Below are positions 36,277-43,630 of a stretch of DNA of 64,000 nt, piece after piece; position 1 is the stretch's first letter, and each line of letters opens with the position of its first letter. Under the pieces are notes generated by a model that was not told where the DNA came from, made no database searches, and saw only the letters and a program-made list of their open reading frames with translations. The position numbers were made by a program, and so were the translations under genes. The DNA lies in the NCBI GenBank assembly GCA_919902655.1, contig CAKKRL010000162.1, positions 251 to 64,250 on the forward strand. The letters run 5' to 3'. The stretch is from Thermodesulfovibrionia bacterium. GTDB lineage: Bacteria > Nitrospirota > Thermodesulfovibrionia > JACRGW01.

Positions 36277-36831
36277 ATGAAACCCGACCTCCAGACTATA
36301 ACATCCATAATCCTTGATGAAGGATACTATGCTGCTTTACCCACAATAGGCCCATCTATGTACCCTGTTATTAGAGCAGGCGACAAAATCTATGTTGAAT
36401 CCCTTATGGGAAGGACGCCTGAAACTGGAGATATTGTACTCTTTAAATCCCCCTCACCTCAATCCTCTCCTCTACGAGCCATGGCCCCAAGGGGAGAGGA
36501 AGTAAGTGTAGAGTCCTCTCTCTCTAATAGAGAAGAAGTAATTATGGTATGCCACAGGCTTCTGAAGATATTCAAGAAGGATGGTACTACTTATTATCAA
36601 ACAAGAGGAGATGCCTATTTCTATAAAGACATACCTATAACATATGACCAGATTATCGGAAGGGTTGTAAAGGTTGAACGGTCTGTAGTATCTTTGCCAA
36701 GGAAGATCCTTTTGACTTTAAACCCCTTCTTAGGAAAATTTACCATACTGAATGCAGCTATAATTACTGTATTGGTATGGATTAAAAAGGCTTTAGTAAA
36801 AAATAACCATTTGTTTATCGGTTATTTTTAG
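36277..36831 (+). CDS. S24/S26 (signal peptidase I / LexA-like) serine peptidase-fold protein with a C-terminal TM helix and a repeat-encoded insertion
   Basis: PTIGPSMYPVIRAGDKIYVE (the GxSMxP nucleophile region of S26/S24). Insertion …SPSPQSSPLRAMAPRGEEVSVESS… is encoded by repeat family A. Confidence 0.45.
   Translation: MKPDLQTITSIILDEGYYAALPTIGPSMYPVIRAGDKIYVESLMGRTPETGDIVLFKSPSPQSSPLRAMAPRGEEVSVESSLSNREEVIMVCHRLLKIFKKDGTTYYQTRGDAYFYKDIPITYDQIIGRVVKVERSVVSLPRKILLTLNPFLGKFTILNAAIITVLVWIKKALVKNNHLFIGYF
36449..36500. repeat. Repeat family A, copy 2, in frame in the S26-like ORF (encoding SPSPQSSPLRAMAPRGEE)
   Basis: ccctcacctcaatcctctcc…ggggagagga. Same reading frame (PQSSP) as copy 1. 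Confidence 0.55.
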
Positions 36832-37749
36832 TTACTGGGAATGTATATCTTCTTCTGATACAAGAGAGATTATATAGAGCAGAGGGTTCTCTTTAAGATT
36901 TATTTTTCTCCTTGTCGCAGGCTTACGGCCCTGTGGATCAAACAGGATCTCTACAGCCGGTCTGAATGGGGAAATGCTATCGGTGGATACAACAATCGCA
37001 ATCTCCTTAGAATTCAGTCTAACTATAGTGCCTACAGGGAAGACAGGAAGTTTGGACATAAGTGCCTTTATAACCTTCTCGGGAAAAGAGGCCCTCTCGG
37101 CTGAAAGGATCTCTTTCATGGAATCGAAGGGAGGAAGATTCTTTCTCTGGAACCTGTGATGGGTAAGCGCCTCATAGACATCGGCTATCCCTATAATGAG
37201 GGCAAACTCATGGATCTCATTGCCCTTGAGCCCTTTCGGATAACCTCTCCCGTTAAACCTCTCATGCTCCTGAAGGATGATCTCTGAAATCCAGAGATTA
37301 TCTTCGCTGAATTTATTCAGAATCTTTACTCCCTCTTCAGGGTGTCTCTTCACGGTATCAAACTCTTCATCATTTAACTTCCCCGGCTTTTTAATGATAT
37401 TTTCAGGAACACCAGCCATACCGATGTCGTGGATGATGGCAGCAAGGCCTAACCTCTCAAGGTCATCCCTGTTATAATTAAGCGCTATACCTATCTCGGT
37501 TGCGAATATACAGACATTCAAGAGATGTGATGGGAGATCAAAACCCTTTGTCTTTGAATACAGGGCCCTTCTGACAAGGTGATCCCCTGCAAAAAGACTA
37601 TCAACAATCCCGGATATAACCTCGGAGACAGGGTTTAGAGAAAAAGATTTACCTTTCTTAACATCCTGAAAAATCTTCTCTATCTGATCTCTGCCATTCT
37701 CATAAAGAGCCGTTTCGATATTCTCCTCCTCTTGGACCTTTATTATCAC
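36832..37749 (-). CDS. HD-GYP domain phosphohydrolase (putative c-di-GMP phosphodiesterase)
   Basis: HDIGM…, H-D pair, and HHERFNGRGYPKGL (GYP motif). Confidence 0.75.
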   Translation of the reverse strand: MIIKVQEEENIETALYENGRDQIEKIFQDVKKGKSFSLNPVSEVISGIVDSLFAGDHLVRRALYSKTKGFDLPSHLLNVCIFATEIGIALNYNRDDLERLGLAAIIHDIGMAGVPENIIKKPGKLNDEEFDTVKRHPEEGVKILNKFSEDNLWISEIILQEHERFNGRGYPKGLKGNEIHEFALIIGIADVYEALTHHRFQRKNLPPFDSMKEILSAERASFPEKVIKALMSKLPVFPVGTIVRLNSKEIAIVVSTDSISPFRPAVEILFDPQGRKPATRRKINLKENPLLYIISLVSEEDIHSQ

Positions 37750-37827
37750 TTCGGTACTAATTCCCTCCTGCTAAAATTAAGTATTTGTTAATAATAAATA
37801 TCATTTTGGTCATTTTGTCAAGTTTTT

Positions 37828-38790
37828 TTAGACCCTTACGGATTTTTTATCAATATTTATCTTTTTCATAAAATAGTCCAGCGTATTGGAAAGCCCCTCT
37901 CCGAGGCTGACCTGTGGCTCCCATCCCAGCAGGGATTTTGCCTTTGAAATGTCAGGTTGCCTTACCTTCGGATCGTCTTCAGGCAGGGGTTTAAAAACTA
38001 TTCGGCTCTTGCTTCCTGTAATGCTTATTATCTCCTCAGCCATTTTAAGAACTGACATCTCTTCGGGGTTTCCGATATTCACCGGTGTATCCACATCGGA
38101 GTGTAGGAGGCGATATATACCATCAACCATATCGTCTATGTAGCAGAAACTCCTTGTCTGGGAGCCGTCTCCAAAGACAGTTATATCTTCTCCTCTTAAT
38201 GCCTGAACCATAAATGTGGGAATTGCCCTTCCGTCATTCAGTCTCATCCTCGGGCCATAGGTATTAAATATCCTGACTATCCTTGTCTCAACACCATGGT
38301 AACGGTTGTATGCCATGGTAATTGCCTCTGCAAATCTCTTTGCCTCGTCATAGACACCCCTTGGGCCTATAGGATTTACATTTCCCCAGTAATCCTCCCG
38401 CTGGGGGTGGATCAGAGGGTCTCCATAGACCTCAGATGTAGATGCCAGGAGGATCCTCGAACCTTTTGCCTTTGCAAGACCCAGCGCTTTATGTGTTCCG
38501 AGAGAACCTACCTTAAGGGTCTGTATAGGTAGCGAATGATAATCTATCGGACTTGCCGGACTTGCAAAATGGAGTATATAATCCACATTCCCTTCAACAT
38601 AGATATAGTTTGTAACATCATAGTGGATAAATGAAAACCTCTTATCCCTGATATGCGAGATATTAGCCACATCCCCGGTGATAAGATTATCCATACAGAT
38701 AACCTCATAATCTTCTAAGAGGAATCTATCAGCAAGATGGGAGCCTATAAACCCTGCCCCTCCTGTTATTAGAACCCTTCCTTTAATCAT
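37828..38790 (-). CDS. UDP-glucuronate decarboxylase / UDP-xylose synthase-like NAD-dependent SDR
   Basis: [12 protein letters not shown] Rossmann motif and the YDEAKR catalytic motif. Overall similarity to UXS/ArnA-C. Directly downstream of ugd. Confidence 0.7.
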   Translation of the reverse strand: MIKGRVLITGGAGFIGSHLADRFLLEDYEVICMDNLITGDVANISHIRDKRFSFIHYDVTNYIYVEGNVDYILHFASPASPIDYHSLPIQTLKVGSLGTHKALGLAKAKGSRILLASTSEVYGDPLIHPQREDYWGNVNPIGPRGVYDEAKRFAEAITMAYNRYHGVETRIVRIFNTYGPRMRLNDGRAIPTFMVQALRGEDITVFGDGSQTRSFCYIDDMVDGIYRLLHSDVDTPVNIGNPEEMSVLKMAEEIISITGSKSRIVFKPLPEDDPKVRQPDISKAKSLLGWEPQVSLGEGLSNTLDYFMKKINIDKKSVRV

Positions 38791-40091
38791 TTCCCCCTCC
38801 CTACCCCTGTATATCTTATACCCATCTCCTTCATTTTCTTTGGGTCGTAAATATTCTTGAGATCTATTACCACAGGCTTCTTCAGGAGACTCTTTATCTT
38901 ATTTATTTCAAGATTTCTGAACTGATTCCACTCAGTAATGATTACGAGTGCATCAGACCCATCTGCCACCCCGTAAGGGTCATTACAGTACTCTATATCA
39001 TCGAGGAACTTCTTTGCCTCCTCCATTGCTGCGGGGTCGTATGCCCTGATCTTTGCCCCCTCCTTCTGAAGACCCTTTATTATGGAGACCGATGGTGCGT
39101 CCCTCATATCATCCGTATTCGGTTTAAATGAGAGGCCCAGGATACCTATCCTTTTATCCTTCAATTCTCCGGTTTCCTTCTTTATCTTCTCTACCATAAG
39201 TGCCCTCTGTCTCTTATTCACCTTTATAACGGCCTTTACTATCTCAAAGTCATAACCATGTTCCTTGGCTATATTCACTATGGCAGATGTGTCCTTCGGG
39301 AAGCAGGAACCTCCGAATCCAGGGCCCGGATGAAGGAATTTTGTCCCGATCCTGTTATCATGGCCCATCCCCTTCGCTACCATATGGACATCTGCCCCGA
39401 CCCTCTCGCAGATATTTGCAATCTCGTTAATAAATGACACCTTTGTTGCCAGGAAGGCATTTGATGCATACTTTATCATCTCGGCCGTCTTGATGTCTGT
39501 AACTATAAAGGGGGTCTCTATAAGGTAAAGGGGAGCGTAGAGGTCTCTCATTATAGCAATCGCATGGTCGCTCTCGGCGCCGATTACTACCCTGTTCGGC
39601 CTCATGAAATCCTCTATGGCAGATCCTTCCCTCAGGAACTCGGGGTTGGATACTATATCAAAGTCTACCTTCTCCTTCTGTTTCTCCCCTATGATCTTTC
39701 TTATCTTCTCACCTGTTCCAACAGGCACTGTACTCTTTGTGACTATCACCTTATATCCATTCATGTTCTCTGCAATACTGTGTGCAACCGCCTCCACATA
39801 GGAAAGATCAGCAGAGCCATCCTCCATTGAAGGCGTACCTACAGCTATAAAAATACCGAGCGATCTTTTTACAGAACCGGCAAGGTCTGTGGTAAAGGAA
39901 AGTCTCCCGTCTTTAATGTTCCTCTTTACAAGTTCCTCAAGGCCCGGTTCGAATATAGGTATAATCCCATTAGAAAGGTCTTTTATCTTCTTTTCATCTT
40001 TATCAACACCGACGACCTTCAGTCCGAATTCTGCAAAGCAGGCCCCTGTTACCAGACCTACATAACCCGTTCCAACAACACAGATGTTCAT
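38787..40091 (-). CDS. ugd: UDP-glucose 6-dehydrogenase
   Basis: [24 protein letters not shown]-terminus and the catalytic GGSCFPKD. The track ORF extends 14 codons upstream to 40133; the true start is probably 40091. Confidence 0.85.
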   Translation of the reverse strand: MNICVVGTGYVGLVTGACFAEFGLKVVGVDKDEKKIKDLSNGIIPIFEPGLEELVKRNIKDGRLSFTTDLAGSVKRSLGIFIAVGTPSMEDGSADLSYVEAVAHSIAENMNGYKVIVTKSTVPVGTGEKIRKIIGEKQKEKVDFDIVSNPEFLREGSAIEDFMRPNRVVIGAESDHAIAIMRDLYAPLYLIETPFIVTDIKTAEMIKYASNAFLATKVSFINEIANICERVGADVHMVAKGMGHDNRIGTKFLHPGPGFGGSCFPKDTSAIVNIAKEHGYDFEIVKAVIKVNKRQRALMVEKIKKETGELKDKRIGILGLSFKPNTDDMRDAPSVSIIKGLQKEGAKIRAYDPAAMEEAKKFLDDIEYCNDPYGVADGSDALVIITEWNQFRNLEINKIKSLLKKPVVIDLKNIYDPKKMKEMGIRYTGVGRGK

Positions 40092-40948
40092 AGTGAAACC
40101 CTTTCTCCATAATCCCTCAGCGTCTCTTCCCATTTCCTCATCCTGTATCCAGTCAGCTTAAAATATCTGTCATTGCTCAATACAGAATATGAAGGCCTCT
40201 TCGCAGGTCTTTTCAGCTCACCGGATTTTATCGGTATAACATTCACGCCCTTTATCCCCTTTATTCTTATTATCTCTTTCGCAAAATCATACCAGGAACA
40301 TTCCCCTGAATTACTGCAATGGACAATACCCGCTGCATCTGAATCAATCAACCTCTCTATTGATTCTGAGAGGTCTACAGTATAAGTGGGTGAGCCTGTC
40401 TGGTCATCCACAACCCTTATTTCATCTTTTTCATTCGATAACCTCAGGATCGTATCAACAAAATTCCTTCCGTTTTTACCGAAGAGCCATGAGGTCCGTA
40501 TAATAAGAGTCTGGAGTCTGGAGTCTGGAGTCTGAAGTCTGGAGATTTCCTGCTCTCCTTCAAGTTTGGACTGTCCGTATATATTTATTGGCCTTGGCTC
40601 ATCATCCTCTTTATATGGTTCCTTCTTCTCTCCGTTAAAGACATAATCTGTACTGATGTGTATGAACCTTGCATTCACTTCATAACATCCTGTTGCCACA
40701 TTTCTCGCCCCACCCCTGTTCACTTTAAATGCCACTTCCCTCTCTGTCTCGCAGGCATCAACATCTGTGAATGCAGCAGTATTTATAACAAGTTCGGGAA
40801 TTATTTTTTTTATTCCCCTTATAGTCTCTGCCTCGTCCGTAATATCGAAATCTTCAACATCAACACCTTTTACATCATTCTTTATAGAAAGCCTTTTTAC
40901 AAGATCAGTTCCAAGCATCCCCTTTGCACCTGTCACAAGAATCCTCAT
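40088..40948 (-). CDS. rfbD: dTDP-4-dehydrorhamnose reductase
   Basis: MRILVTGAKGMLG…, …RTSWLFG…, and a C-terminal pattern typical of RfbD. Contains an in-frame heptamer-repeat insertion (EISRLQTPDSRLQT). Confidence 0.8.
   Translation of the reverse strand: MRILVTGAKGMLGTDLVKRLSIKNDVKGVDVEDFDITDEAETIRGIKKIIPELVINTAAFTDVDACETEREVAFKVNRGGARNVATGCYEVNARFIHISTDYVFNGEKKEPYKEDDEPRPINIYGQSKLEGEQEISRLQTPDSRLQTLIIRTSWLFGKNGRNFVDTILRLSNEKDEIRVVDDQTGSPTYTVDLSESIERLIDSDAAGIVHCSNSGECSWYDFAKEIIRIKGIKGVNVIPIKSGELKRPAKRPSYSVLSNDRYFKLTGYRMRKWEETLRDYGERVSL
40508..40550. repeat. Tandem heptamer (GAGTCTG)x5 within rfbD, in frame
   Basis: gagtctggagtctggagtctggagtctgaagtctggag read directly. Translates on the minus strand to EISRLQTPDSRLQT. 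Confidence 0.7.
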
Positions 40949-40950
40949 AA

Positions 40951-41035
40951 TTTAGTCTATCAGTCAACAGTCTATAGTCGACCAGTAGATTGAAAGACTG
41001 CTGACTGCCGACTCAAGACTGATTTGCACCAGTCC
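40951..41035. repeat. Long hairpin built from tandem heptamers (cagtcta/cagtcaa …) and their complements (agactgc/tgactgc…) at the rfbD/rfbB junction
   Basis: tagtctatcagtcaacagtctatagtcgaccagtagattgaaagactgctgactgccgactcaagactgat. Overlaps the 3' end of rfbB. Confidence 0.6.
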
Positions 41036-41970
41036 TGATTTTCCTTATACCACCCGATTGTCTTCTCCATAGCCTCATCAAAATTATTAACCGGCCTCCA
41101 CCCCAATTCCCTTTCGGCCTTTGTTGAGTCAAGGGCATAGCGCCTATCATGGCCCGGTCTATCCTGGACATAAGTTATCAGGGATTCAGGCTTATCAAGC
41201 ATCCTCAGGATCATCTTCGCAATCCCAATGTTGTTCTTCTCGTTCACGCCACCAATATTATAGACCTCACCATCCCTTCCCTTGTGGAAGACTATATCTA
41301 TAGCCCTGCAGTTATCCTCTACATATATCCAGTCCCTTACATTCATACCATCACCGTAGAGGGGCACCTTCTCATCGGCTATAGCCTTCATAATAAAGAG
41401 TGGGATTAGTTTTTCTGGATACTGGTATGGACCGAAGTTATTCGAGGAACGGGTTATTAAAACAGGTAGTCCGTATGTCTTATGATAAGCCCTTGCAAGA
41501 TGATCGCCTGCCGCCTTCGATGCGGCATACGGGCTATTAGGCATAAGAAGGCTCTCTTCTTTGAATGTCCCTGACGGACCTAAAGAACCATAGACCTCAT
41601 CAGTTGAAACCTGAAGAAAGCGGGGTATTTTTCTCCTCCTTGCAACCTCAAGCAGTATCTGCGTCCCGAGTACATTTGTTTTAACAAATATGGAAGGGTC
41701 GAGGATAGATCTGTCCACATGGGTTTCGGCAGCGAAGTTTAATATCCCGTCACAATCTCCTGCTAAATCCGTTAAAAGGTCATAATCGAGGATATCACCC
41801 TTTACAAATGTATAACTGGAATTCTTCGATATATCCTCAAGATTTTTCAGGCTACCTGCGTATGTAAGTAGATCAAGGTTGATTATCTTGTAATCAGTGC
41901 GGGTAGAAAGGAGATACCTTACAAAGTTAGAACCTATAAAACCACACCCCCCTGTTATCAGTAACTTCAT
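40972..41970 (-). CDS. rfbB: dTDP-glucose 4,6-dehydratase
   Basis: MKLLITGGCGFIGSNFVRYLL…YAASKAAGDHL (YxxxK). Confidence 0.85.
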   Translation of the reverse strand: MKLLITGGCGFIGSNFVRYLLSTRTDYKIINLDLLTYAGSLKNLEDISKNSSYTFVKGDILDYDLLTDLAGDCDGILNFAAETHVDRSILDPSIFVKTNVLGTQILLEVARRRKIPRFLQVSTDEVYGSLGPSGTFKEESLLMPNSPYAASKAAGDHLARAYHKTYGLPVLITRSSNNFGPYQYPEKLIPLFIMKAIADEKVPLYGDGMNVRDWIYVEDNCRAIDIVFHKGRDGEVYNIGGVNEKNNIGIAKMILRMLDKPESLITYVQDRPGHDRRYALDSTKAERELGWRPVNNFDEAMEKTIGWYKENQDWCKSVLSRQSAVFQSTGRL

Positions 41971-42000
41971 TTTAATTATCGAAGACCCGACCTATAGGGC

Positions 42001-42065
42001 GGATTTTGGATTTTGGATTTTGGATTTTAAATCTCCAATCCGCAATCTGAAATCCAAAATTGATA
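42001..42065. repeat. (GGATTTT)x4 tandem heptamers followed by their complementary arm (aaatctc caatccg caatctg aaatcca aaat), at the rfbB/rfbC junction
   Basis: Read directly. Confidence 0.65.
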
Positions 42066-42521
42066 TTATCCATCCTTCCTTTCCCAGTTGTATGGAATAT
42101 CTTTTGTACGGGGGTCGATCCTGAACTCATCGGGTTCTCCGTAGTTATATGGCACTGTAGGACAGTTAATTACTATTGACTCAGTCTCACCTGTTCCCTT
42201 GAACCCATGAAGTACATAAGGTGGTATCTGGATAAGAAGCGGGTTATGTTCTCCGATAAAGAATTCGTTCAGCTCACCCTTTGTCGGGGATTCCTCCCTC
42301 GGATCATAGAGGACAAGTTTTATCACACCTTTCACACAAACAAAATTATCCACTTGTTTCTTATGATAATGCCAACCTTTTACAACTAAAGGATAGACTG
42401 TAGTCATATAGATCTGTCCGAACTTAATAAACAACTCGTCATCGGCCCTCAGCATCTCCATAAGCCTCCCCCTCTCATCAGGGATGACCTTTAGCTTTTT
42501 TATTTTAACTCCGTCTATCAT
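42066..42521 (-). CDS. rfbC: dTDP-4-dehydrorhamnose 3,5-epimerase (cupin)
   Basis: …IPDERGRLMEM…GWHYHKKQ… pattern of RmlC. Confidence 0.8.
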   Translation of the reverse strand: MIDGVKIKKLKVIPDERGRLMEMLRADDELFIKFGQIYMTTVYPLVVKGWHYHKKQVDNFVCVKGVIKLVLYDPREESPTKGELNEFFIGEHNPLLIQIPPYVLHGFKGTGETESIVINCPTVPYNYGEPDEFRIDPRTKDIPYNWERKDG

Positions 42522-42525
42522 ATTA

Positions 42526-42562
42526 GTTCACTGTTCACTGTGAACGGTTCACAGTGAATTAT
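42526..42562. repeat. Perfect 12-bp palindrome (ttcactgtgaac g gttcacagtgaa) preceded by an extra tcactgt heptamer, at the rfbC/rfbA junction
   Basis: Read directly. Confidence 0.6.
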
Positions 42563-42565
42563 TTT

Positions 42566-43630
42566 CTATAGCACCCCCACCTTGCTATAATCCCCTAACA
42601 TAAATCTATATGCCTTCGGCTTAAGAGGCGATTTAGAGACTTCAACATCCCTTCCTATTAGACTATCCCCTATCCTCCCTTTGATATTCATTATAGAGCT
42701 CCCCTCAAGGACGATGCTGTGTTCCACCTCACTCTCTTTTATTGTAACCCTGTCTGCAATTGAGGTAAAGGGACCGATAAAAGAATTTATTATCTTTGAT
42801 CCCTTCCCTATTATTGCCGGCCCCCTTATAGTGCTCTTTGTAACCTCTGCATCCTTTTCGATAACCACCTTGAAGTCTACCTTTGATTCATCATCTACCA
42901 AACCATCAATTCTGGTATCAAGGGTGTCAAGGACCATCTTATTCGCCTCAAGAAGGTCATCGAGCCTTCCTGTATCCTTCCACCATCCCTTCACCATATG
43001 AGGATGAACCACATACCCTTTGTCTATCAGATACTGAATTGCATCTGTTATCTCCAGTTCATTCCTCCATGAAGGTTTTATATTCTTAACAGCCTCAAAG
43101 ATATGTGAATCAAACATGTAAACCCCTACAAGTGCGAGATCACTTCTGGGGTCCCTTGGTTTCTCAACAAGCCTCACAACCCTTCCGTTCTGAAGCTCTG
43201 CCACTCCGAACTGGTTCGGGTTCTGTACCCTTGAGAGAAGGATATGACAGTTAGGTGATACCTCCTTAAACTCCTTCACCAGTTCCTTTATGCCTCCGAG
43301 GATAAGATTATCTCCAAGATACATAACAAAGGGTTCGTCCTTAAGGTATCCCTGGGATACGAGGACAGCATGTGCAAGCCCTGCAGGTTCTGCCTGCTCA
43401 ATATAGGTTATACTTACATTCCAGTCACTGCCATCCCCTACAGCCCTCCTGACCTCTTCCTTTGTATCGCCAACGACTATACCTATATCCTTTATCCCGG
43501 CATCCCTCAGCGCCTCAATACCATAAAAGAGTACAGGTTTATTCGCAATCGGTATAAGCTGTTTCGCACTCGTAAAGGTTATGGGTCTGAGTCTTGTACC
43601 TTTACCGCCGCTAAGGATTAATCCTTTCAT
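42566..43630 (-). CDS. rfbA: Glucose-1-phosphate thymidylyltransferase (long form with a C-terminal LbH domain)
   Basis: MKGLILSGGKGTRLRPITFTSAKQLIPIANKP… N-terminus. Confidence 0.8.
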   Translation of the reverse strand: MKGLILSGGKGTRLRPITFTSAKQLIPIANKPVLFYGIEALRDAGIKDIGIVVGDTKEEVRRAVGDGSDWNVSITYIEQAEPAGLAHAVLVSQGYLKDEPFVMYLGDNLILGGIKELVKEFKEVSPNCHILLSRVQNPNQFGVAELQNGRVVRLVEKPRDPRSDLALVGVYMFDSHIFEAVKNIKPSWRNELEITDAIQYLIDKGYVVHPHMVKGWWKDTGRLDDLLEANKMVLDTLDTRIDGLVDDESKVDFKVVIEKDAEVTKSTIRGPAIIGKGSKIINSFIGPFTSIADRVTIKESEVEHSIVLEGSSIMNIKGRIGDSLIGRDVEVSKSPLKPKAYRFMLGDYSKVGVL

